From the NCBI GenBank assembly GCA_045863235.1, contig BTUM01000046.1:1-63355 (forward strand): a stretch of DNA of 63,355 nucleotides, given 5' to 3'. Made by a program: the position numbers and the translations under genes. The notes beneath the pieces are model-generated. The model had not been told where the DNA came from and ran no database searches. It worked only from the letters and a program-made list of their open reading frames with translations. Below are positions 8,588-17,224 of this stretch, piece after piece. Each line of letters opens with the position of its first letter. Positions within the stretch are counted from its first letter, which is position 1. The DNA is from Candidatus Xenobia bacterium (lineage in GTDB: Bacteria > Vulcanimicrobiota > Xenobia > Xenobiales > QWHO01).

Positions 8588-10444
8588 ATGGCGGTCGCCG
8601 GCTTGGAAGCGACAACCTACCCGTTCAATCTGCGGGTCTTGCTGCGGAGAAGGGCGCAGATCAAGCAAGAGCTTGCCGAAAGAAGCATTCGCCCTTTGAG
8701 AGTTGCCTGCCTCGGAGGCTCGAGCACGCAGGAACTGGTTGACTTTCTTGAACTCTTCCTCCTTAAGCTTGGTTTTCGGCCTGAGCTTTTCGAATCCGAC
8801 TTCAACCGTTATCTGGAAGAAGCTCTCTTCCCCGGGCCGGAGCTGCAAAGTTTCGCTCCCGAGGTCGTCGTCGTGCATAACGGATTGCACAACCTGCAGC
8901 ATCTGCCCACTGCTTCAGACCAGGGGACCACCGTCGCCGACAAGCAAATGCGGTCGCTCGATAGCTTACTGGCCGCCGTCGATTCGTTACACCGTCACTT
9001 TGGATGTTGCGTCGTGCTCAACAATCTCCCCTATCCAGATTATCGCGTGCTGGGCAATCTGGATGGCACCGACCCGAGAGGACTTTGCCACTTCATTCTG
9101 GGTCTCAACCTTGCCCTGGCTGCAAACCGAACGGGGCGGGAGTTCTTGCAGGTCCATGACGTCCACTACCTGTCCGCCCAGATTGGCCTCGACCATTACT
9201 TTGATCCTGCCCGCTGGCACCTCTACCGAATCGCCGAAAGCTCGCTGGGCACCGTGCATCTGGCTCACAGCCTCTCGCGGGTCATCGGCTCTCAATTCGG
9301 AGCCTCAAAGAAGTGCCTGGTAGTCGACCTGGACAACACGCTCTGGGGAGGCGTGATCGGCGACGACGGCGCTGACGGAATCGAGCTTGGGCCCGAAACT
9401 GCCAGCGGAGATGCCTTCCAGGAATTCCAACGCTATCTTCAGCAACTGAAGCAGCGAGGAGTTCTGCTGGCTGTCGCCTCAAAGAACGATCCAGACAAGG
9501 CTCTTCAAGGCTTGGGCCATCCCCATTCTCAATTGGGACCGCAAGACTTCGCAGCCTTTGAAGCGAGTTGGGATCCCAAGGATCAGAGCCTGCATAAAAT
9601 CGCCAAAGAACTCGGACTGGGCCTGGACAGCTTTGTTTTTCTGGACGACAACCCGTTTGAGCGCGAGCTTGTGCGGGCCCAGTGCCCGGTCAGCGTTCCC
9701 GAGGTGATCGAGGTCGGAGACTTTCGACGGGTCATCGATCGGGAGCGGTATTTCGAGCCGGGGTCAGTCACGGCCGAAGACCTGAAACGTAGCGCCCACT
9801 ACCAGGCCGAGCGGGGAAGGGCTGAGGCCAGCAGCCGGTTCGCCAGTTACGACGACTACCTTCGCTCGCTCGAGATGGAGGCTCTGGTGGAGAGCTTCTC
9901 CCCTGGTGACCTCGAACGCATCGCCCAACTGGTCAACAAGACCAATCAGTTCAACCTGACCACCAGACGACTCTCCCTTCCTCAACTCCAGGAGTTGTGC
10001 CAACGGGGGTGGCTGAATCTCTCAGCCAGGCTGAGAGACAAGCACCAGGATTACGGGTTGGTCTCGGTGGTTCTGGGCGAATACCGGGGAACCCAACTGC
10101 ACCTCGCATTGTGGTTGATGAGCTGTCGGGTGCTCAGACGAGGGTTGGAGAATGCGATCTTCGAAAAGGTCGTCGAGGTGGCTCGAGAGCGCGGAACGTC
10201 CGAGATCTGGGGTTATTACTTGCCCACCGAGAAGAATCAAATGGTAGCCGATTTTTACCCCCAGTTGGGCTTCTGCCCGGCCGAAGGCAGGCCCGATGCC
10301 CCCGTCCAGGGCCAGGCCTTCCGCCTGGAGCTCGGGCTCTACCGGCCCACTCAGCATTGCATAAGGAGAGTCTATTCCAGTGAGCGATGTCCTGGTAACG
10401 GTTCAGGAGATCCTGCGCGACATACTGAACCAACCTACTCTTGA
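8588..10444 (+). CDS. fkbH: FkbH-like HAD-IIIC phosphatase / glyceryl-ACP transferase
   Basis: KKCLVVDLDNTLWGG (HAD DxD), ASKN, FVFLDDNP, KTNQFNLT and LMSCRV. Has an N-terminal extra domain and is directly followed by an ACP. Confidence 0.93.
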   Translation: MAVAGLEATTYPFNLRVLLRRRAQIKQELAERSIRPLRVACLGGSSTQELVDFLELFLLKLGFRPELFESDFNRYLEEALFPGPELQSFAPEVVVVHNGLHNLQHLPTASDQGTTVADKQMRSLDSLLAAVDSLHRHFGCCVVLNNLPYPDYRVLGNLDGTDPRGLCHFILGLNLALAANRTGREFLQVHDVHYLSAQIGLDHYFDPARWHLYRIAESSLGTVHLAHSLSRVIGSQFGASKKCLVVDLDNTLWGGVIGDDGADGIELGPETASGDAFQEFQRYLQQLKQRGVLLAVASKNDPDKALQGLGHPHSQLGPQDFAAFEASWDPKDQSLHKIAKELGLGLDSFVFLDDNPFERELVRAQCPVSVPEVIEVGDFRRVIDRERYFEPGSVTAEDLKRSAHYQAERGRAEASSRFASYDDYLRSLEMEALVESFSPGDLERIAQLVNKTNQFNLTTRRLSLPQLQELCQRGWLNLSARLRDKHQDYGLVSVVLGEYRGTQLHLALWLMSCRVLRRGLENAIFEKVVEVARERGTSEIWGYYLPTEKNQMVADFYPQLGFCPAEGRPDAPVQGQAFRLELGLYRPTQHCIRRVYSSERCPGNGSGDPARHTEPTYS

Positions 10445-10622
10445 GTTGACCGCAATGACCACCGCCCAGGAAGTGCCTGGCTGGGATTCCCTGGCCCACA
10501 TCAACCTGGTGGCCGCCGTCGAGGAGGAGTTCCGTATCCGATTTGCCATGGCCGAGCTCCAGAAGCTCCAGAACGTTGGCGAGATGGTGGCCCTGATTGA
10601 GAGGAAGGCCGGGCGCAACTGA
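10380..10622 (+). CDS. Acyl carrier protein (WDSL type)
   Basis: 80-aa acidic protein with the GWDSLAHINL phosphopantetheine motif. AAGGAG SD upstream of the GTG. Confidence 0.93.
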   Translation: MSDVLVTVQEILRDILNQPTLELTAMTTAQEVPGWDSLAHINLVAAVEEEFRIRFAMAELQKLQNVGEMVALIERKAGRN

Positions 10623-11560
10623 CCGGGAAGCGCTTTGTTCTGGCCTTTCTGGCCCTGGTTCTGGGGGCGAGCGGTTTGGTCGTCGTCGCTTCGGCATGGG
10701 CCGACCCTTATGGGCTGTTTGGCGTTGGGGACCGGTCCATTCCGGTCTACGACAATGAGCGCCTCTCCAAGTATCTCTTGAGCTATCGCTACATTCCCGC
10801 CAGGTTTGATGCTCTCCTGATCGGACCTTCCGTGAGCGCCAACCTCGACCCCGCATTGATTCCCGGCTTGAAGCTCTACAACGGCTCTCTGGATGGTGCC
10901 AACGCTTGCGAGCTGGCGATCCTGGCCCGCAACGTCATGAGCCGGGGACGACCTTCCCACCTCTTTATCGCTGTGACGCCCATCGTCTTGCGCAACCACG
11001 AGATGGAGACCAGGGCACTGCAGCCTGAGCAGCTTTCGGTAGCCTTGGGCTCTCTCGATCTGGCCAAAGCGGTGTGGGTGTCAATTCGGGTGCCTCGTCA
11101 GGATTTGCGCATCGACCCCAAAGGCTACACCAAGCCAGTGCAGGCCAGCAAAGCCAGAGTCGAGCAGTCGATCGAGAGATTCTTGCGCGAGCACGGCTCC
11201 GGCCAGGCTGCCTCGGAATACTGGCATATCGATCCCCGGGCCCTCGAGTGCCTGGCGCAGGTCGTGGGCGAGGCTCACCAGCGATCAATCAAGGTGGTTG
11301 GCTTCTTCCCACCCATCCCGGCACCTATCTACCAGACTTGTCAGGCGAGGCATCGAACCTTCAAGACGCGAGCTCTGAGCTGCTTCGGCCCGACCGACAC
11401 GGTCATCGACTTCAATGAGGATCAGTATGCCCGGCTCCGAAGCGATCTGGACAACTTTACGGACAGTGTCCACCTGAGCGCCGCAGGCGCCAAAGTGGTG
11501 ACGGAAACTATCGGGGGCGCGCGGCTCGAAGGCCCAAAGCGTGCCGAACCGGGCGGGTGA
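10619..11560 (+). CDS. Membrane-anchored SGNH-like protein (DltD-like acyl-transfer partner); probable CTG start
   Basis: TM anchor then DPYGLF, block-I-like LLIGPSVS and a C-terminal FTDSVHL (DxxH). The ORF track starts at TTG 10676, but the frame is open from 10601 and CTG 10619 restores the full anchor. Confidence 0.7.
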   Translation: MTGKRFVLAFLALVLGASGLVVVASAWADPYGLFGVGDRSIPVYDNERLSKYLLSYRYIPARFDALLIGPSVSANLDPALIPGLKLYNGSLDGANACELAILARNVMSRGRPSHLFIAVTPIVLRNHEMETRALQPEQLSVALGSLDLAKAVWVSIRVPRQDLRIDPKGYTKPVQASKARVEQSIERFLREHGSGQAASEYWHIDPRALECLAQVVGEAHQRSIKVVGFFPPIPAPIYQTCQARHRTFKTRALSCFGPTDTVIDFNEDQYARLRSDLDNFTDSVHLSAAGAKVVTETIGGARLEGPKRAEPGG

Positions 11561-12401
11561 GATCCAACAGGTGGTGCCACAGAAGCGTCCAGGGGCGAAG
11601 GAGATAGAAATAGAGCTTGAGGGTGCCTGCCCAGCTGCGCCTCACTCCGGAGTCGGTAAGGCGATGGGTGCTCTCGTGCATACTGTGAAGGTGCCAGTAA
11701 CCACCGGCGGCCGCTAGATTCGCGAGCACGTCGGCTGAAGGCAGGCTGTAGACAGTCTGACCTGCCCCCGCGTGAGAGTAATCGTGGTTCTGGTGAATAC
11801 AAACCACCGAAGGAGTGATGTCCACAACACTGCAGCCTTGCCGTCGAGCATTCCAGACCAACCAGTTGTCGAACCACAGGCGTCCAATGGCAAATTGAGG
11901 AACGTCCTTGAAGAGGCCTCGATTGAAGACAAAGAAGTCCATGGCCTTTCTGCCTCGGGACCTGCCTTTCGAACGGGCTCGCTGAGTGAGCGTGGCAGCC
12001 CAGTCGGGATCAGTAAAAGCGATGGGCTCTGGAACCTCGATATCCAGACACTCGCCGATGGCAAGAAAGTCATCATTCCAGCTCAAGAGGCGCTCGAGTG
12101 CCCGCCGAAAATCCGGAGTCAGCACGATGTCGCTGTTGATGTAGCAGAGTCGGTCAAAACGCGCGGCGCACTGAGCCTGCTCAAAGAGATCGGAGATCAG
12201 GGGCACGCCTTTCGGCGTAGCCTGCACATCCGGGAGGTGAACAGCGCCGATCTCCCGCGCGAACTCTCGAGTCCCTTCGTCATTTCCCAACAGGATGATC
12301 TCCGCCTCGGGGATGCACCGAATCCAGCTCAGAATTGCGTTACGCTGCAGTAAGCTAGAGCGAGCCACGAACCCTTTGGGGCAGGTAAAGAAAGAGAGCA
12401 C
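11508..12401 (-). CDS. GT-A fold glycosyltransferase-like protein
   Basis: MLSFFTCPKGF...QRNAILSW, YINSDIVL (DxD-like), DFFVF, GRLWFDNW and HQNHDY. Co-oriented with the nucleotide-sugar genes. Confidence 0.65.
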   Translation of the reverse strand: MLSFFTCPKGFVARSSLLQRNAILSWIRCIPEAEIILLGNDEGTREFAREIGAVHLPDVQATPKGVPLISDLFEQAQCAARFDRLCYINSDIVLTPDFRRALERLLSWNDDFLAIGECLDIEVPEPIAFTDPDWAATLTQRARSKGRSRGRKAMDFFVFNRGLFKDVPQFAIGRLWFDNWLVWNARRQGCSVVDITPSVVCIHQNHDYSHAGAGQTVYSLPSADVLANLAAAGGYWHLHSMHESTHRLTDSGVRRSWAGTLKLYFYLLRPWTLLWHHLLDLTRPVRHALGLRAARPR

Positions 12402-12402
12402 G

Positions 12403-13773
12403 TCAGTTCACCCGAGCGGTCGACCACATTTCAGCCAGGATGCCCTGGGCTGTCCGCTCGTCTGCGCACCGGCCGCGCGCAACATAGTGCACGTCATCGC
12501 GATTTCCGAGACTGTGCTCCAAGGCACGCCAAAAATCGACAACCACGACCTTACGCGGATACTCGCGGTCACCGAGCACCTGGAAGGCGGGATCTGGGGT
12601 GCAAATCATGATCACATCGGCCTGCTCGAGGCAAGCCTCCAGCGTGGGCAAGATGACGGCCTGGTGCTTGAGTTCCTTCTGGGCCGCCTCGCCGGCGAGC
12701 GGGTCGTAGGCGATCACTCGGGCTCCAAAGGTCGCCGAGAGGGACCTGGCCAGTTGGATACCGGGGGACTCTTCGATGACGGACGAGTGCGGCTTGTAGG
12801 AGAGGCCAAGCACAGCCACAGTAGACCCTTTCTCGATAGGTACGGGCATCCGCTTGAGAATATCAGGCACCAACTGCCGATTGGCCCGGTCCGTGGTCTC
12901 TGCCAGGTCAGCTGTTCGACCCAACTGACGCGCCAGGAAACCGAGGGCGATGTTGTCCCGGGGGAAGCAAGGTCCCCCATAGGCAAGTCCACCTTTGAGA
13001 TACTTCGATCCAATGCGCGAGTCTTGACCCAACGCGCGGGTGACGACGTCCACGTCGCCACCGGGGATTCGCTCGCACAGGTCGGCCAGCATGTTAGCGA
13101 ACGTAATCTTGGTCGTCACATAGGTATTCAAGGCGACTTTGGCCAGTTCGGCATTCTCGATGCTCATTCGCAGACATGGAGCCTTGTTGGGCAGAATCTG
13201 GGAATACAGAGCTTCGAGCTCGAGGCCGCTGCGCTGGTCGAACTCGCCCACGAGGGTAAAGTCGGGGTTCAGGAAGTCGCGAATGACACTGCCCAGGGCG
13301 ATGAACTCGGGGCTATAGCAGAGCCCGAAGTCCGGGCCGCAGACCTTCCCGGAAGCTTGCTCGAGCACCGGCAGGAGTCCGAATCGGGTTGAACCAGGCA
13401 GGACGGTGCTGGTCAAAACCACGAGATGATAGCCCTGCTTGGTGGCCATGGCCTGGCCGATCTCCTTGAAGGCCCAACTGACGTATTGCAGAGCGAAGCA
13501 GCCGCGCTCATCGCTGGGAGTCGGCACGATCACGAAGCTGACATCCGACTGCTCGACGGCCTCTCGGTGGCTCAGAGTCGCTCCCAGGCGGTCGCGATTG
13601 GCTGCGATCAGGCCTTGGAGGTCGGTCTCCTGGACTGGAGTCTTACCCTGATTGATACACTCAACGGCTCGCTCGCTGACATCCACCCCGATGACCTGGA
13701 ACCCGCGACTGGCGATGGCGGCAGCCATACTGGCACCCAGTTTTCCCAGTCCGATAATGGATACTCTCTTCAC
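12403..13773 (-). CDS. UDP-glucose/GDP-mannose dehydrogenase family protein
   Basis: IIGLGKLG Rossmann motif, VPTPS, STVLPG, YSPEF, AELAK, GGPCFPRD (catalytic Cys) and LGLSYK. Confidence 0.93.
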   Translation of the reverse strand: MKRVSIIGLGKLGASMAAAIASRGFQVIGVDVSERAVECINQGKTPVQETDLQGLIAANRDRLGATLSHREAVEQSDVSFVIVPTPSDERGCFALQYVSWAFKEIGQAMATKQGYHLVVLTSTVLPGSTRFGLLPVLEQASGKVCGPDFGLCYSPEFIALGSVIRDFLNPDFTLVGEFDQRSGLELEALYSQILPNKAPCLRMSIENAELAKVALNTYVTTKITFANMLADLCERIPGGDVDVVTRALGQDSRIGSKYLKGGLAYGGPCFPRDNIALGFLARQLGRTADLAETTDRANRQLVPDILKRMPVPIEKGSTVAVLGLSYKPHSSVIEESPGIQLARSLSATFGARVIAYDPLAGEAAQKELKHQAVILPTLEACLEQADVIMICTPDPAFQVLGDREYPRKVVVVDFWRALEHSLGNRDDVHYVARGRCADERTAQGILAEMWSTARVN

Positions 13774-13782
13774 GTGAGTCTC

Positions 13783-14802
13783 CTAAGACCGGGCCCCAAC
13801 AGGCCGCTTCGGCTGAGGCGCCTCCCCGCGGGCCCTCCCCTGGCTGTTCAGTTGGCCCCAGATCCAGGCGTAGGTTTGAGCCAGACCTTCCTCGAGCGAT
13901 ATCCTTGGCGACCAGTCCAGAACCTGCTTCATTCGAGTCAGGTCAGCGTTCCGGCCGCGCACACCCTGCGGCTTGGTCAAATCGTAATCCTTGGAGATCT
14001 TCTTCCCGGCGCATTCAGCCACGATGTCCACCAACTCATTGATGGAAACCATCCGGTCCTGACCAAGGTTGAGAGGCTCATGATAGTCGGAATGAATCAA
14101 GCGGTAGATTCCGTCGACACAATCATCCACGTAGCAGTAGGAGCGGGTCTGCTCTCCGTCACCCCACACCTCGATCTTATCCTCGGTCTTGGCCAGTGCC
14201 ACTTTGCGACAGATAGCCGCGGGTGACTTCTCACGACCCCCTTCATACGTTCCGAGCGGCCCGAAGATGTTGTGGAATCGAACGCAGTAAGTTTTGAGGC
14301 CGTAATCCTCGAAGTAGTGGCGGCCCATGCGCTCGGAATAGAGCTTCTCCCAGCCGTAGCCGTCCTCGGCGTCCGCCGGATAAGCATCCTCTTCCTTAAG
14401 CGGAGTCACATCGGCCGATTTCTGGAGATAGCCTGGATAGACACAGGCAGAGGAAGTGTACAGGAACCTCTCCACGCCGTTGAGCCGGGCCGCCTCGAGC
14501 ATATGCACGTTGATCAGGACGTTATCGTGGCTGATCAGGGCTTTATTGCACTCGATGAAACCGATACCGCCCATGTTTGCAGCCAGGTTGAAGACTTGCT
14601 GAACGCCACGGGTCGCCTGCAGACACTCGGCCCACCGCCGCAGGTCGAGAATCTCGAACTCATGCGCGTGGGTCGGCTCATACTCAGGATACTTCAGGTC
14701 CACTCCACGAACGTGATAGCCCTTCTCGACCAGGTACTTGACCAGAAAGCTGCCGATAAATCCACCCGCCCCTGTCACCAGTACGTTTCCACGATTGCTC
14801 AC
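13783..14802 (-). CDS. NAD-dependent epimerase, GDP-mannose 3',5'-epimerase (GME)-like
   Basis: TGAGGFIG, LAANMGGIGFI, SSACVYP (Cys), DGYGWEK and RFHNIFGP..GGREKSPAAICRK, which match the GME-type signature. GGAG precedes GTG 14802. Confidence 0.85.
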   Translation of the reverse strand: MSNRGNVLVTGAGGFIGSFLVKYLVEKGYHVRGVDLKYPEYEPTHAHEFEILDLRRWAECLQATRGVQQVFNLAANMGGIGFIECNKALISHDNVLINVHMLEAARLNGVERFLYTSSACVYPGYLQKSADVTPLKEEDAYPADAEDGYGWEKLYSERMGRHYFEDYGLKTYCVRFHNIFGPLGTYEGGREKSPAAICRKVALAKTEDKIEVWGDGEQTRSYCYVDDCVDGIYRLIHSDYHEPLNLGQDRMVSINELVDIVAECAGKKISKDYDLTKPQGVRGRNADLTRMKQVLDWSPRISLEEGLAQTYAWIWGQLNSQGRARGEAPQPKRPVGARS

Positions 14803-14921
14803 AACAATAACTCTCCAGAGTGTCCAAAATGCCCAGTTGAAGAGGCGCATTCTACTCCGCGAGGCGACATTCTCCTCCCACAAAGGTCTCGCTTGCTGTT
14901 CTAACGAAACCTGCGGCCCCG

Positions 14922-15815
14922 ATGTCCATCGAGCGACACAAAACCGCCCGAGCCGTTCTTCTCGCCGTTCTCATCATCGCAGCCGTAGGCTTGTTCTGGC
15001 CTCGCGGCTACGAAGGGATTGCCAAGAGCGAGTTCTGGGCCCGCAAGAAACTCTGGCGACGCTGCTTTGACACCGTCGTTGCCGGAGACTCGCGGGCCTA
15101 TCATTCTCTATTTCCGACCGAAATGGCCCCGCTGGCGCGGGGAAGAACCATCGGGAACTTCGGGTTTGCTGGCTGCGCCATCGAGAAACGCTACCTGGAC
15201 GCCGTCGACCAAGTGCTCGACCTGCGCCCTGGACGCGAACGAACAGTCATCCTGGCAATCACGCCCCATTCACTCACCCGCCTGGCCCATCAGTCAAACG
15301 GATTTCTCGAGCTCAACCGCGTCAACCGACTTGAGCTTCTGGCGCTAAGCCGCCTGGGTGGCATTCGGGACCTGGGCGACCCGATTACGGCCGACGATGT
15401 CAAGAACCAGATCCGAGGCGTGCGTTACATCCAGACGCTCAAGCCCGATGGCTCGATTGCAGCCTACAAGACGCCCGAAAATCCAAAGGAGGCTCTGTCG
15501 GAGTACCGAGCCCGTCTTGAGACCACGGAGCTGCGCCCGGAGTCACTGCAGGAGCTGAGCTCGGCCATCCAGGCCTGGACAGCCCGCGGGGTGAGGGTCG
15601 TCGGTTTTCGCCCCCCTACCACCACTGCCATGGTCGAGCTCGAGGAGCAACTTCTCCCCTATCCACCCGTCCCTCAACTGTTCCAGTCGGCAGGGGGCCA
15701 GTGGCTGGAGATCCCCCCGGCAGCCTATCCGACCTATGATGGGAGCCATCTGCGCTTCGACGGGGCCGCCAGGTTCTCACAAGACTTCGCCCGGATGCTC
15801 TGGCCGAGCCGGTAG
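14922..15815 (+). CDS. Membrane-anchored SGNH-like protein (MBOAT partner)
   Basis: N-terminal TM, VVAGDSRA, NFGFAG and C-terminal YDGSHL (DxxH). Sits 2 nt upstream of MBOAT #2. Confidence 0.72.
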   Translation: MSIERHKTARAVLLAVLIIAAVGLFWPRGYEGIAKSEFWARKKLWRRCFDTVVAGDSRAYHSLFPTEMAPLARGRTIGNFGFAGCAIEKRYLDAVDQVLDLRPGRERTVILAITPHSLTRLAHQSNGFLELNRVNRLELLALSRLGGIRDLGDPITADDVKNQIRGVRYIQTLKPDGSIAAYKTPENPKEALSEYRARLETTELRPESLQELSSAIQAWTARGVRVVGFRPPTTTAMVELEEQLLPYPPVPQLFQSAGGQWLEIPPAAYPTYDGSHLRFDGAARFSQDFARMLWPSR

Positions 15816-15817
15816 CT

Positions 15818-17224
15818 GTGCTCTTCAACTCCTTTATCTTTCTGCTGTTTGCCCTGATCTACTTCGCCGGCTGGCCGGCCGTCCGCAACCGACCGGTCTT
15901 GAAGTATGCCTACATTGTGGTCTGCTCACTCTTCTTCTACGGGTTCAACGAACCGATCTACATTCTGCTACTGGCATTCACGGGCTTCATCGACTTTGTG
16001 GCCGGACTGATGATGGAGCGCTACCTGCCCCACCGCAAAGCCATTCTGCTTTTCTCATTGATCGCCAACATCAGCGTTTTGGCAGTCTTCAAGTATTCCG
16101 GATTTCTAGCAACCAACCTGAATGCATTGCTCGGTCTCGATCTCCCGGTTCCCAACCTCACTCTTCCCATCGGCATCAGCTTCTACACTTTCCAGTCCAT
16201 GAACTACACGATCAGCGTCTACCGAGGAGACATCCGGGCCACTCGCAACCCTCTCCATTTCTTTGCATTCATTGCCCTGTTTCCGCACCTGGTAGCCGGC
16301 CCGCTGGTCCGTGCATCGGACATCCTCCCGCAATTGCGCGAATGTCGGGGAGGAACGGACAAGCAGGTCTGGGACGGTCTTCAGCTCATTGCGAAAGGCT
16401 TCTTCAAGAAGAATGTGCTGGCCGACAATTTTGCCCCGGCCGTCAATGCCGCCTTTGCCGGCGTGTCCGACAACCCGGGTGGAAGCCTCTACTGGTGGAC
16501 GGTGGGGCTACTCTTCTCGGCCCAAATCTACTGTGACTTCAGCGGCTACACAGACATCGCCAGAGGGCTGGCCAAGTGGATGGGCGTCGAATTCACGGTC
16601 AATTTCAATCACCCTTACTCGGCCGTGAGCATGCGAGACTTCTGGCAGCGCTGGCACATCTCGCTGTCGACCTGGTTTCGCGATTACGTCTACATCCCGC
16701 TCGGCGGCTCCCGTGGCTCGATGGTGCAGTCGCTCAGCAACATGTGGGTCACGATGCTCATTTCCGGGCTCTGGCACGGAGCTTCCTGGACCTACGTCAT
16801 CTGGGCGGCGCTCCATGCTGGCTACCTGAGCCTGGAGCGCGTCAGTGGTTGGCCAGCCCGAGTTCGGTTGCTGCCCGGAGGCTCCTTTGCGTGCGCCCTG
16901 ATCGTAAATCTCTTGGCATGCGTGGCCTGGATTTTCTTCCGAGCAACCTCGCTGGGAGACGCTGCCCTGATACTGCAGAGGATGCTTTCCCTGGACTGGT
17001 GGCGCTCGAGCGACCTTTTGTTGATTCGAAACGAAATCGGAACAGTTGTTCTCGCCTGGTTGGCGCTGTTCTGGGCCGCCGAGGCCTGGAACTTCCTCCG
17101 AGAGCACTACTTCCGCCGGCTGACCATTCCCGAATGGGCCCAACCCCTCGCTGTCGGCGCCCTGCTGGCGGCGTCAGTGTTCTTGAGGGGGCCGGGCGGA
17201 GCATTCATCTATTTCCAGTTCTAG
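15818..17224 (+). CDS. MBOAT O-acyltransferase, AlgI family (#2)
   Basis: LPIGISFYTFQ, FPHLVAGP, DFSGYTDIA, FWQRWHISLS, GLWHGA and C-terminal FIYFQF. Confidence 0.95.
   Translation: MLFNSFIFLLFALIYFAGWPAVRNRPVLKYAYIVVCSLFFYGFNEPIYILLLAFTGFIDFVAGLMMERYLPHRKAILLFSLIANISVLAVFKYSGFLATNLNALLGLDLPVPNLTLPIGISFYTFQSMNYTISVYRGDIRATRNPLHFFAFIALFPHLVAGPLVRASDILPQLRECRGGTDKQVWDGLQLIAKGFFKKNVLADNFAPAVNAAFAGVSDNPGGSLYWWTVGLLFSAQIYCDFSGYTDIARGLAKWMGVEFTVNFNHPYSAVSMRDFWQRWHISLSTWFRDYVYIPLGGSRGSMVQSLSNMWVTMLISGLWHGASWTYVIWAALHAGYLSLERVSGWPARVRLLPGGSFACALIVNLLACVAWIFFRATSLGDAALILQRMLSLDWWRSSDLLLIRNEIGTVVLAWLALFWAAEAWNFLREHYFRRLTIPEWAQPLAVGALLAASVFLRGPGGAFIYFQF

Noticed and set aside
8588..10622. PKS/NRPS cluster implied by FkbH + ACP
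   Set aside because: No KS, AT, A or C domains in the window; the context is polysaccharide modification.
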